Assembly: GCA_963778115.1 (NCBI GenBank)
Contig: CAVZSV010000004.1
Span: forward strand, 768,001 to 832,000
Length of the DNA: 64,000 nucleotides
Reading direction: 5' to 3'
Source: an uncultured delta proteobacterium
GTDB taxonomy: Bacteria; Bdellovibrionota; FAC87; UBA2466
The position numbers and the translations under genes were made by a program. Position 1 is the stretch's first letter, and each line of letters starts with the position of its first letter. Under the pieces are notes generated by a model. The model saw only the letters and a list, made by a program, of their open reading frames with translations, was not told the DNA's origin and did not search any database. This document shows positions 51,240 to 60,934 of the stretch, piece after piece.

Positions 51240-53360
51240 ATGCGATATTCCACGACCATGTTTACGGTAAAGTACTTACCGACGCTTCCGTCACTACTCA
51301 GTAGCAACAAGATCCCGCTCATCCATCGTGATGTCAGTTGGATTCAGTTCAACGAACGAGTGCTGGATGAAGCTCGCCAATCGAATAATCCCATTCTGGA
51401 GCGCGCTAAGTTTCTAGCGATCTCAGCGTCGAATCTCGACGAATTTTTCATGATCCGCGCGGCTTCCATCGAAAGATCGATAGGAACTCGCCAGAGAAAA
51501 ATGGAATGGAAAGAGGTCCGTCGTCTTATCAAAGTCCGCGCCAGTATTCTTGAAGGCGTTGCCGAATTTATTTCTAGGCAAGTAGAGACCTTAGATATCT
51601 TGACTCAAGCTTTAGTGCCTCACGGAATTCGAATTGTTCGCTCCGTAACTCCCGAAGACCCGGCGTACGATATTGGAAAGAAATTATTTGAAGAGCAGGT
51701 GCTTCCCAAAATTCGTCCGCCCGAGTCCTTTAGCTTCTATAAATTAAATCAGCTAGAGAACCTTCAAACGGCTGCAATTTTCCCCGGAGATCTTTGGGTC
51801 CGTATTCCCCGCTCCATTCCTTCCATGCTGTGGACTAAGACCGAAGGCGAAAAGACTCAGTACTATTTCTTTTTCTTAGATGAGTTGCTGGCCACCCATT
51901 TATGGCCGTCTTCCGCACAGAAATGGAAACCGGGATTTGTGCGTTTGACTCGGGACGGGGACTTTACTCTCGACTTCGAAGATCAAGATCCGGAATCTAT
52001 CCCGGATGTAGTCATGACCCGACTGAACACACGGGAAAGAGGCCGTCCCATTCGACTTCAGTATTCCGGGGGACTTGCTCCCGACTTTCTGGATCGCTGC
52101 CGATCGTCCCTAAAATTGTTATCGCAACAGGTAGTACCGGCGGCTGGAACCATGTATCTTCACGGACTTTGGACTTTGGTGAATACGGCGGCCGTTGATG
52201 TGAAAGCTGGCGAACTCACCTATCCGCCTCTGCAATCTCGAGTTCCGGAGCCTTTTCATGCGGATAGGGACATTTTCTCCAAGATTCGCGAAAGAGATTA
52301 CCTGCTGCACCATCCTTACGATTCTTTCGATACGTATGTCCGCTGGATCCAAGCAGCCTGTAAAGATCCTCTCGTTGAGAGCATCGAGCAAACGGTCTAC
52401 CGAATGGATGCTCTTTCGCCAATCATTGATGCTCTTAAAGATGCGGCCAAGGAAAAGAAAGTCGGCGTCGTCATTGAACTCAGAGCGAGATTCGACGAGT
52501 TAAATAATCTTCGTTTGGCGGAGCAGCTCGAAAAGGCGGGAGTACAAGTTGCTTTCGGGTTTGGCGCTTTAAAAGTGCACGCGAAAGTTGCCCTAGTCAC
52601 CCGAAACGAGGACGGACAAAAGCGGCTTTACACCCATCTCTCCACGGGGAACTACAACGCAGCCACCGCGCGTGCCTACACCGATTTAGCGATCTTGACA
52701 GCCCATCCGGAAATCGGAGCCGATGCCAGACATTTTTTTGACTCCCTTTACAAAGGGGAAATCCCCCATACGTTCCGTCAATTGGTAATCGCCCCCACGA
52801 AACTCGCTCGGCGTTTGCAAAATTTAATTGAAGCCGAAGCCGAGGCCGCTCGCGCCGGAAAAAAGGCTCGAATCGTTGCCAAAGTAAATGCGCTCGTGGA
52901 TGAAGGCATTATCGAGAGTCTCTACGCCGCTTCTCAGGCTGGAGTTCAAGTCGACCTGATTGTGCGCGGAGCTTGTTCTTTAATTCCTGGTGTAAGAGGG
53001 CTTAGTGAAAATATTCGTGTGGTCAGTATCGTCGATAGATTCCTGGAACATAGTCGAATTTATTACTTTGAAAGTGCCAAACGCATGTACCTTTCCAGTG
53101 CCGACTGGATGCCCAGAAACTTTTTTTCGCGGCTAGAAATAGCTTTCCCTGTTCTCGACCCTCGCCTTTATTCGCATCTGGAACAGGTAGTGATTCCCGC
53201 TTATCTTGCGGATACGGCAAAAGCGCGCGAGTTAACTCATTCGGGAACTTGGAAAAAAAGGGTGGCCAAGTCAGATTCCCCAGCGATTCGATCTCAAGTA
53301 TTCTTCAGGGAGTTAGCTATTCATGAGTACAAAGGAACCCCGCTCGAAAACAAATTCTAA
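51240..53360 (+). CDS. ppk1: Polyphosphate kinase 1
   Basis: SWIQFNERVL, SNLDEFFMIR, LHHPYDSF, ELRARFDE, KVHAK, STGNYN, RFLEHSR, SADWMPRN. Confidence 0.97.
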   Translation: MRYSTTMFTVKYLPTLPSLLSSNKIPLIHRDVSWIQFNERVLDEARQSNNPILERAKFLAISASNLDEFFMIRAASIERSIGTRQRKMEWKEVRRLIKVRASILEGVAEFISRQVETLDILTQALVPHGIRIVRSVTPEDPAYDIGKKLFEEQVLPKIRPPESFSFYKLNQLENLQTAAIFPGDLWVRIPRSIPSMLWTKTEGEKTQYYFFFLDELLATHLWPSSAQKWKPGFVRLTRDGDFTLDFEDQDPESIPDVVMTRLNTRERGRPIRLQYSGGLAPDFLDRCRSSLKLLSQQVVPAAGTMYLHGLWTLVNTAAVDVKAGELTYPPLQSRVPEPFHADRDIFSKIRERDYLLHHPYDSFDTYVRWIQAACKDPLVESIEQTVYRMDALSPIIDALKDAAKEKKVGVVIELRARFDELNNLRLAEQLEKAGVQVAFGFGALKVHAKVALVTRNEDGQKRLYTHLSTGNYNAATARAYTDLAILTAHPEIGADARHFFDSLYKGEIPHTFRQLVIAPTKLARRLQNLIEAEAEAARAGKKARIVAKVNALVDEGIIESLYAASQAGVQVDLIVRGACSLIPGVRGLSENIRVVSIVDRFLEHSRIYYFESAKRMYLSSADWMPRNFFSRLEIAFPVLDPRLYSHLEQVVIPAYLADTAKARELTHSGTWKKRVAKSDSPAIRSQVFFRELAIHEYKGTPLENKF

Positions 53361-53844
53361 CGCCAAGCGATTGGTAATCGTTCGCCATGCGCATCGGGAC
53401 AAGCCCATGGGTAGCGCCTTTGATAACGGAATCAGCAAAAAAGGGCGAAAACAGGCCAAGGCCATCGTAAAACTTTACCGAGAAAGGTTTGACGATGAGA
53501 TGGCGCTTATCTATTCGAGTCCCAAACTTCGTTGTATTGAAACCGTGGAACCTCTAGCGAGTAAAATTGCTTCAAAAATTGTTCCCCTAGATCTCCTTAT
53601 CGAAAGTGGCCCGGAAGAAGGGCCCGAAGATTTGGTCCGACGGGTACGTCAGTTTTGTACCCAATGGAAAAAAGAGAGTTCTCCTATTGTAATCGCTTGC
53701 TCTCATGGAGATTGGATACCTGTCTTTTTTCAAGAGTTGGTGGGAACGCCTATCGATTTGAAAAAGGGCGCTTGGGCGGAAATCGAATCCAAGAACGGAG
53801 AAACCAAACTCACTTGGATCGTTCAGGAACCGCTAATCGTCTAA
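53323..53844 (+). CDS. Histidine phosphatase (SixA-like)
   Basis: IVRHA, SSPKLRCIET, CSHG. Confidence 0.85.
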   Translation: MSTKEPRSKTNSNAKRLVIVRHAHRDKPMGSAFDNGISKKGRKQAKAIVKLYRERFDDEMALIYSSPKLRCIETVEPLASKIASKIVPLDLLIESGPEEGPEDLVRRVRQFCTQWKKESSPIVIACSHGDWIPVFFQELVGTPIDLKKGAWAEIESKNGETKLTWIVQEPLIV

Positions 53845-55208
53845 TTCCCATTGGCTTCGTCCAAAGGAACTTCTCGAATGAGAGTGCTGTCGGGCGAATT
53901 TCCGTTGTGCGCCTGTATTAGCCGCCGAAAGTAGTCCGCCGAAGGACGGGGAATTCTCCGGAAATTCTTATAGTCGATCTCGACAAGACCGAATCTAGGA
54001 TCAAAGCCTTTGATCCATTCAAAATTATCAATGAGCGACCAATAATAATATCCACGCACGTCAATCCCATTGCGAATGGCGGAAGCTACTTCCGCCAAAT
54101 GGCTCTTCAGATATTCTTTCCTCAACTGATCGGAGGGATCGGCAATTCCATTTTCAGTGATGTAGATGGGAAGTTTATAACGTTTCACGAAACGGAGCAT
54201 GCGGCCTAAGCCACGGCTATGTAACGCCCATCCCAATTGAGAAATTTTATTGTGCTTCCTCGCAAAACTGACTCCCACCGGCAGCCACTCTCTATTGCCG
54301 TAACTAAAACCCTCTTTCGGAGTCTGCCCCCAGTGCAAGTAGCATTTGGTATAGTAATTCACGCCGATAAAATCGGTTGAGACTTTTCCAAGAGCTTCTT
54401 TAACCGGAGGCGCGTAGCCAATCAACCCTCTGACACCGAAATGTTGAGGAGCCCCCGTCACTGCATCAAGCCACGCTCGGTTGTAGAGTCTTCGAAATAG
54501 ACTCGCCATCCAATTTTCCACCGGGTGCCATCGCCTAGAGGGTTTGAAATCTAACATATTGTGGGCAAATCCCACCTCTAGCGGCATTTCCCTCCAGGGT
54601 CCCTGTCGAGTCCCTGCATAACTGCGAAGCACTTCATAAGCTTTGAGATGAGCGATAAACAGATTTCGGCAGGCTTTTCCCAATTTCTGGGGCGCGAACT
54701 CGGCGGGCGGCATGAAGCTTCCTACATAGGCCCCAATCGCTAGCGTCACCGGCTCGTTGACTGTACACCAAAGAGGAACAATGGCGCCTAACTTGGAAGC
54801 CACCTTTTTAGTATATTGCTCAAACCGCTCGGGCCACTCTCGCCAGCAAAGGCCGCCTTGATCGGCTACCCACTGAGGGAGAGTGAAATGATGCAGGGTT
54901 GCCATGGGGATGAGATGGCGCCTGTCGCACTCCTGAACCAGACGGACATACCACTCAAGGGCCTGTTCGTCCCATTTTCCGGGTTCTGGTTCAATCCGCG
55001 ACCATTCGATGGAAAATCGGTAACTGTCCAATCCTAATTTTTCGGCAAGTTGAAGATCTTCGGAAAAGCGGTGCCAATGGTCGGTAGCCTGCCCCGACAT
55101 AACTTTATTCTCTATGTGTCCTTGTTCTTCCCAACGCCACCAATCATTATGCCGATTTCCGCCCTCGATTTGATGACTGCTCGTTGCGGCTCCCCAGAGA
55201 AAAGGCAT
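53841..55208 (-). CDS. Glycoside hydrolase family 1 (beta-glucosidase)
   Basis: FLWGAATSSHQIEG, RFSIEWSRI, TVNEP acid/base, ITENG nucleophile, WSLIDNFEW. Confidence 0.95.
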   Translation of the reverse strand: MPFLWGAATSSHQIEGGNRHNDWWRWEEQGHIENKVMSGQATDHWHRFSEDLQLAEKLGLDSYRFSIEWSRIEPEPGKWDEQALEWYVRLVQECDRRHLIPMATLHHFTLPQWVADQGGLCWREWPERFEQYTKKVASKLGAIVPLWCTVNEPVTLAIGAYVGSFMPPAEFAPQKLGKACRNLFIAHLKAYEVLRSYAGTRQGPWREMPLEVGFAHNMLDFKPSRRWHPVENWMASLFRRLYNRAWLDAVTGAPQHFGVRGLIGYAPPVKEALGKVSTDFIGVNYYTKCYLHWGQTPKEGFSYGNREWLPVGVSFARKHNKISQLGWALHSRGLGRMLRFVKRYKLPIYITENGIADPSDQLRKEYLKSHLAEVASAIRNGIDVRGYYYWSLIDNFEWIKGFDPRFGLVEIDYKNFRRIPRPSADYFRRLIQAHNGNSPDSTLIREVPLDEANGN

Positions 55209-56397
55209 GGTGGCTATCTTTAGTTGAATCGACTGTTAGTAAGTTAGGACTCGTCATTACAGCAAGCCCCCCGGGCATGATCTTAAGTGCATTGCCACGC
55301 CACTGAATGGTGCTACCACACGCCATGTGGAGCCATAAGGGAAAGGCAAGAACTTCGCGCAGGAGCCAAGCAAAAATCGTCTTGATGTTAATTGTAGATC
55401 CGAAGCGCGATATCATCAACATGTCACAGACAGCCCATATACTTAAATGGATCGCTAGGAACAGTCCGATGGGGAAACCCAGAAACCAATGGAACGCCAG
55501 AGCTCCCAAAACGCCCGCGGGCAGACCATTTACCAAAGGCTCCATAAAAAAGGCGAAAGGAGCCTGAGATTTGCGGATTCGTCCCCACCGAATATGACGA
55601 TTCCAGAATTTCGAAAATTCGTAGCTTCCAATATGTTGTTTGATCGGTTCGTACATGACCACCACTTTGAGACCCAATCTCTGGACCGCTTGTCCCATCA
55701 TATTGTCTTCAGCGATGTAATGGGAGAGATTCTGAATTCCTCCAAAACGTTCCGCTGTCGATTTGCGAAAGCACATCGATTTGCCGATGACAAAGGGCTT
55801 TCCCAAAGCCTCCGCTAGATGTGTCCAACGCGCGTAAAACGTATTTAGGGATACCGCTTCCAGTCTTCCCCCCACCCCGAGCGGGTTTCGTCCTGCCACT
55901 ACCGCCGTCACTACCCCCACTTCCGGACGCAAATGGCGACGCATTCGTCGTAAATAGTCGGGATCAACCCTGGTATTGCTGTCATTGATAAGAATCCAGT
56001 CGTACCTGGCAAGATCGTACGATCGAACGAGGTTGTTCACTTTGGGATTGGGTCCAACCTCCACGTCACCAACAATGACGGACGCGGGAACCGAAGGATA
56101 TTTCTCAAGTAAGGATTGTAACACGGGGAGGACGGGATCTTTGGCATCAGCAACTGAAAATAAGATTTCGTAAGAGGGGTAATCGAGATGGAAAAAGGAA
56201 TCTAAATTTTCCAATATTCCCTGCTCAACCCCTTTGAGAGGTTTTAACACGGAGATGGGAAAATAGTGCAGACGCTCTTCGGAAGCGTTTCGCGACCTAC
56301 GCAACTGCTGGAGAGAAACCCACGTCCCCCAGACCGTAAGGCCAGTTGCTAGCGCCCACAGGCTTGCCCAGACTGAGCTTAGTACGATGGTCAGCAT
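55147..56397 (-). CDS. Ceramide glucosyltransferase-like GT21 (HpnI-like) glycosyltransferase
   Basis: SVLKPLKG, NPKVNNL, DS, GKSM, YIAED, RHIRWGRIR, WRG. Confidence 0.9.
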   Translation of the reverse strand: MLTIVLSSVWASLWALATGLTVWGTWVSLQQLRRSRNASEERLHYFPISVLKPLKGVEQGILENLDSFFHLDYPSYEILFSVADAKDPVLPVLQSLLEKYPSVPASVIVGDVEVGPNPKVNNLVRSYDLARYDWILINDSNTRVDPDYLRRMRRHLRPEVGVVTAVVAGRNPLGVGGRLEAVSLNTFYARWTHLAEALGKPFVIGKSMCFRKSTAERFGGIQNLSHYIAEDNMMGQAVQRLGLKVVVMYEPIKQHIGSYEFSKFWNRHIRWGRIRKSQAPFAFFMEPLVNGLPAGVLGALAFHWFLGFPIGLFLAIHLSIWAVCDMLMISRFGSTINIKTIFAWLLREVLAFPLWLHMACGSTIQWRGNALKIMPGGLAVMTSPNLLTVDSTKDSHHAFSLGSRNEQSSNRGRKSA

Positions 56398-57094
56398 CAG
56401 TGATCGTTACCTCCTGATAATAGCGAAAATCGATCTGCTGTTTTTTGATAGCTCTTAAGATCGCTTCAGGATGTTTTTCACAATCAAGGACAGTCTTCCA
56501 CGCGTTGATCTGTTGCGGCCGGTGCAAGTCGCTCGAAGCAATCTTCGGTAATTTCGTATTTTTCACTTCGTCGAAAATAAATCGGCCGCTCGCGACTTCC
56601 CACGCGTCAAAAGCGTCCACCAGCTCTTCTCTTCGGTTCCATATGTGGTACGTCTGTTTTTCGTAAAGACGCGTCCACACGGGATGAGCGGCCACTGCCA
56701 GAGCCCCTTGTGCACGAATCGCTTTGGCTAAGTCAGCGACGTCCCCATTGGCTGAAACAAAATCGGTAATTCCAAGTCCTAAGACGTGAGCCGAGCGGTG
56801 ATTGGAAATAGAATTCTTAGTGAGTTCGAAACCAGGAATGACAACCATTTTGTACTGGTTCCATGCCCGCTCGCCTTCAGATTTCAGTATTTCCCAGTAG
56901 AGGGGAAAAGTGGCTGGCGTCAGCGAACACCCCAAGTAGGCGGAAGCTTTTCCCAATACAGTCATAGTTTCGCAGAGATGATCGGTAATAGCAATCGCCC
57001 CGAAACCTCTCGACCCATAGAGGTCGATAACATCGGGGACGGACATGATTCCGTCGCTAAAATTCGAGTGAACATGAAAGTCAGCGAGAAACAT
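56297..57094 (-). CDS. PHP-domain phosphoesterase
   Basis: DFHVHSNFSDG, AITDH, GFE, AHP, SSDLH. Confidence 0.88.
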   Translation of the reverse strand: MFLADFHVHSNFSDGIMSVPDVIDLYGSRGFGAIAITDHLCETMTVLGKASAYLGCSLTPATFPLYWEILKSEGERAWNQYKMVVIPGFELTKNSISNHRSAHVLGLGITDFVSANGDVADLAKAIRAQGALAVAAHPVWTRLYEKQTYHIWNRREELVDAFDAWEVASGRFIFDEVKNTKLPKIASSDLHRPQQINAWKTVLDCEKHPEAILRAIKKQQIDFRYYQEVTITDADHRTKLSLGKPVGASNWPYGLGDVGFSPAVA

Positions 57095-57150
57095 ACCTAT
57101 ATGATCGGTTGCTGATGTCGGGAACGTATTAGGGCAGATTTAGGATCGTG

Positions 57151-58392
57151 TTAGCGATTAGGTTTTACCGTATAGGCAACAGCCCCTGTCACGCACGTTA
57201 ATACCGCTCCCACCCAGAAGGGGGCGCCTGGGTGCCATTCGAACAGAAAGCCAGAGACGGAAGGGCCAATCACTCTTCCCAACGCCGACAGGGATTGTCC
57301 TATACCAAGTGCGCCTCCTTGTTCATCTTTATCGACGGAACGAGAGAGCAGGCTCGTTAGGGACGGATTTACTAAGCCTGAACCCACGGCAAGCAGCATT
57401 GATACGGGTAAGAGCATGGCGAAGCCGGCTACCCAACCCACTACGGGAATTAGAGCCAAGCTCAGACTAACGGCCGCCATTCCAAAGAGAAGTAACTTCT
57501 TTTCCCCAAATCGTTTCGCTAGTCGGCCGATAAGTCCACCCTGAACGATAGTAGCGGTCACTCCGACGACAAGGAGCACATAAGTCGTTAACGTTGCGGC
57601 GTGTCGAGAATGGGCCGCCGAATGAGGCTCGGCAAAGAGCCAGGTACTCTCGATAAAAAGCCCTAAAACTTGCTCCATGAGGGAGAAAGAGAGGGTATAG
57701 GTCAAAAATACCAAAAAGATCTGGGTAACCCCCGGATGTCGGGCGGCATGTTTAAGCGCTTTTAGAGAAAACGCCCGATGAGAGACAATAGCGGCGACCC
57801 CTTTGCTTCGTGTCTCGGGAAGTCGAAAATACGCCAGTATCCAGTTAATGGAGCTTAATCCCGCCGCCACAAAGGCAGGAACCGCAAGACCAAAGCGGAC
57901 CATCGATCCGCCCAGCGCCGGTCCAAAAATAAAGCCCAAACCGAAAGCAGCCCCGATAAGTCCCATCCCCTTCGCCCGCTTCTCGGGGGGAGTACAGTCG
58001 GCGATAATGGCTTGTGCGGTACCGATATTGGCGCTGCCGAAACCCGCTAACATTCGAGAGAGAAAAAGAACCGTCAGCGATCCCGAGACACCAAAGATCA
58101 CATAGCCAACCACGGTAGTAGCGATGCTAATCAGCATTACCGGTCGACGCCCAATCTTATCTGAAAGCCTTCCCCAAAAGGGAGCAAACAGAAATTGCAT
58201 CAAGGAAAAGGAGGCCCCCAACAAAGTCACCGTCGCGGGACTGGCTCCCAACGACTCCGCATAGAAGGGCTGAATGGGAATGATGATTCCAAACCCCACC
58301 AGATCCAAAAACACCGTAAAAAATACAATCCCTAGCGTTCGTCTCTGGACGGCTTCGGAATGGTTCGGAGTCGGACTAGATGGTGAGGTCAT
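57151..58392 (-). CDS. MFS transporter, DHA1/TetA-like
   Basis: DLVGFGIIIP, GRLSDKIGRRP motif A, GFIFGPALGG motif C. Confidence 0.92.
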   Translation of the reverse strand: MTSPSSPTPNHSEAVQRRTLGIVFFTVFLDLVGFGIIIPIQPFYAESLGASPATVTLLGASFSLMQFLFAPFWGRLSDKIGRRPVMLISIATTVVGYVIFGVSGSLTVLFLSRMLAGFGSANIGTAQAIIADCTPPEKRAKGMGLIGAAFGLGFIFGPALGGSMVRFGLAVPAFVAAGLSSINWILAYFRLPETRSKGVAAIVSHRAFSLKALKHAARHPGVTQIFLVFLTYTLSFSLMEQVLGLFIESTWLFAEPHSAAHSRHAATLTTYVLLVVGVTATIVQGGLIGRLAKRFGEKKLLLFGMAAVSLSLALIPVVGWVAGFAMLLPVSMLLAVGSGLVNPSLTSLLSRSVDKDEQGGALGIGQSLSALGRVIGPSVSGFLFEWHPGAPFWVGAVLTCVTGAVAYTVKPNR

Positions 58393-58450
58393 GTTTTCCT
58401 TTTTGAAGAATCATAAACGGGACAAAGTGATGTGCCAACAGACAATAACC

Positions 58451-58509
58451 CAAAAGGTATCCGTTACTTTCAGTCCAAGGTACGGACTGAAAGTAACGGA
58501 TACCTTTTG
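58451..58509. repeat. Perfect 26-bp inverted repeat (REPIN-like doublet; possible bidirectional terminator)
   Basis: CAAAAGGTATCCGTTACTTTCAGTCC-AAGGTAC-GGACTGAAAGTAACGGATACCTTTTG. Confidence 0.9.
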
Positions 58510-58519
58510 ATAGCGAGAA

Positions 58520-60835
58520 CTAAGGAATCGCCAAAAGGCGAATCGACTCTTTAAGCAGAAAATTGGCGTCATCGAATGCCGTTCCCCCGATATCCTGCCA
58601 ACGAATTCTTCCCTTATCATCGATAAGAAAGGTTCCGTGAATCGGATTTCCTTCAAAATCGTCGTACGCATGGTAATCGTGAAATATTTTCTCAGTGGGA
58701 TCTGCGGCTAGCTGAATTCGAAAGGGCTCTTGGTGGGCCTGATTCCGGAGTTCATTGAGCCGAAGGGTATCCGCCACGTCCTGGGAAGAGATTGCTATTA
58801 GGGAGATACCGGCCGCGTTGAAACGGTCGTAGAGCGCTTCTAGATTCACTAACTGCTTAACACAACCTAGACAGCCATAAGTTAAGAATAGGACGACAAG
58901 CACAGGCTTTCCCCGATATTTCTCTAGCGACAATGTCTCTCCAGAGATGCTATTGACTGCGAAGGGCTTGGCCTTCTGCGGGCTCCAGAAAATAGGTCCT
59001 AGCTCGTCAAGATTGGTTCGGTTTTTCATCCTTTCGGTCACGTCATTGGGAGGTTGCCAAGAGGTTCTCCAATCGGTTGCCGTTTTCATATCCGGCAGAC
59101 TAAGGGCAGTCGCCACCTCGGCCAATCTATTGAAAGGAGCAAGATCAAGACTGATATATTCCGATTGAGGGCGCAGTTCGTTAAATCGAACTCTCGCTTC
59201 ATCCAGCTTTCCCACCTTAAAGAGGACGTAGATTAAGTTTGCAAGAGGAGCTGCCTGTTGCGGTTGGTCCTTAAACCATAACCGCGCCTTATCTTCGGCG
59301 AGAGCGGGTTCGCCCGCGTCCAACAACATTTTGCAAACGATGCTCTTGGGGTTGCTTTCGAAGCCCACAATCGAGTTAATCGCTTTTTTCTTTTCGCCTG
59401 AGAAAAATAAAAGGTGGGCATCAACATTCGCAAGAGCCAACTCCATCGGCTTCACCGAGCTCTTCTTGAAATCTTCGCTGAAATCAGTGCGCAGCCGAAT
59501 GGCCTCGATCGCCGATTCGATCTCTTTCTTGGCTTCGAGCGCTAGCTCCTTCTCCCCACGATATAAATGAGCGATCGCCCTAAGCTCCCGTTGGCTATTG
59601 AGTGTTCCTTCGTAACGAAAATCCTCGTCCGAGAGACTCAAGTAAGGAGTTTTTACTAAGCGAATGACCTCGTCCCATTGTTCCGACTCCCAGAGTAAGG
59701 GCAAGAGCTTGTCTTTACCAGAGCCTTCGCTTTCGGTCCCGTAGCCGTTTAGAATTTTAGGATTTTGGGGCAGTTCAATCAGGTTCTTGGCCACAGCGAT
59801 GGCGCTATCCCAATTTCCAATCCGTTTGTAGCTTCTAACGAGCCACAAATTGTTGTGGAAGTAGTTGTGAATTTGGTACGGAAGCACGTTGAAACGGGCC
59901 ATCTGAGCATGGTCCACCCGTGCCGATGCTTCTAGGTGCCACGTCGCTTCGAGGTGTCGGTTCAAACTATCGTAGGTGTGCGTTCCCATGTGCCACATAT
60001 GTGCGATTCCAGGAGCCGAGGGTCCCAATAGTGCTGCCGAGGCTAGAGCCTTGGTGGAATTCACTTTGCCGTCCCAAAGATGCACCCGGTAGTGATGAGC
60101 CGGATGGAGTGGTTCCACGGCGAAGATTTCATCGAGCAAAGTGCTAATCTGCTCGCGAGTTTGATGAAAGTGATCGAAGAGTCGATAGTTCCAAGTTTGA
60201 AGAGCCAAGAAAGCCTTGGCGTCTAGGTCGTCTGGATACTGCTGCACTATCTTTTGGAGCACTTCGATGTGTTTGATGTGACGATCCCTCTCAAGCGGAA
60301 TTTTTGAATAGAGGGCTTCGAGCGATTCGATCCAAAGCTGTTCGCGCGAACTCACTTGATCTTTTTTTGCGGCGGCACGCTTCATAAATTGGTAGGCGCG
60401 CTTAGGGTCCCCTGCTTCGAAAATGGTATTGGCCATCGAGAGCCCCCAATTCGCCATCACGCAATTGGGATCAAGTTTGAGAACCTCGCGGAAGGATCTT
60501 TCGGCCTCGTAATTCCAGAAGCCATGGAGCATACCAACCCCCTGATTGAACCAGATTTGGGCCTGGGGATTATTCGTGGTGACCTGAAAGTGAATGTGCT
60601 CCCCTGTTCCAGGGGCTAGTGGCACCTCTGAGCGAGGACCTTCGGTAAATACCTGCCCTTTCATGGAATGACCCGGGTGAAGTGCTCTATCGATCGACTC
60701 CTCCTCTACTGCGAATTTGGGAGGAACTCCTTCAGCCGGAGGAGGGCTGTGCTCAGCATCGTGGTGCTCTACCCGAGACGAGCAGCCAGCTAAAACCGTG
60801 TAAGCGATTAAGATTAAAAAGAGAAAATTCCGCAA
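58520..60835 (-). CDS. Lipoprotein with TPR/His-rich domain fused to a C-terminal redoxin (AhpC/TSA-like) domain
   Basis: Lipobox LAGC; FNQG..LHGFW..EA.RSF; HPAHHY..H; HMWHM..H; C-terminal GCLGC..QL and HGTFLID..GRIRW. Confidence 0.8.
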   Translation of the reverse strand: MRNFLFLILIAYTVLAGCSSRVEHHDAEHSPPPAEGVPPKFAVEEESIDRALHPGHSMKGQVFTEGPRSEVPLAPGTGEHIHFQVTTNNPQAQIWFNQGVGMLHGFWNYEAERSFREVLKLDPNCVMANWGLSMANTIFEAGDPKRAYQFMKRAAAKKDQVSSREQLWIESLEALYSKIPLERDRHIKHIEVLQKIVQQYPDDLDAKAFLALQTWNYRLFDHFHQTREQISTLLDEIFAVEPLHPAHHYRVHLWDGKVNSTKALASAALLGPSAPGIAHMWHMGTHTYDSLNRHLEATWHLEASARVDHAQMARFNVLPYQIHNYFHNNLWLVRSYKRIGNWDSAIAVAKNLIELPQNPKILNGYGTESEGSGKDKLLPLLWESEQWDEVIRLVKTPYLSLSDEDFRYEGTLNSQRELRAIAHLYRGEKELALEAKKEIESAIEAIRLRTDFSEDFKKSSVKPMELALANVDAHLLFFSGEKKKAINSIVGFESNPKSIVCKMLLDAGEPALAEDKARLWFKDQPQQAAPLANLIYVLFKVGKLDEARVRFNELRPQSEYISLDLAPFNRLAEVATALSLPDMKTATDWRTSWQPPNDVTERMKNRTNLDELGPIFWSPQKAKPFAVNSISGETLSLEKYRGKPVLVVLFLTYGCLGCVKQLVNLEALYDRFNAAGISLIAISSQDVADTLRLNELRNQAHQEPFRIQLAADPTEKIFHDYHAYDDFEGNPIHGTFLIDDKGRIRWQDIGGTAFDDANFLLKESIRLLAIP

Positions 60836-60934
60836 AAGGACCGCCGCATGTTAGAAAATGAGACGGTCTTATAGCATGTAATGACGCGTAGCGCAACGTC
60901 TCTACGACTCTCTCAATCGTCGTTGAATCCTGAT

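Noticed and set aside
58423..58440. TTGGCAC as a sigma54 site upstream of the MFS gene
   Set aside because: The -12 position reads TG, not GC.
58274..58671. ORFs 58274..58510 (+) and 58411..58671 (-), both containing QKVSVTFSP..GLKVTDTF
   Set aside because: Artefact of translating the 26-bp palindrome on both strands.
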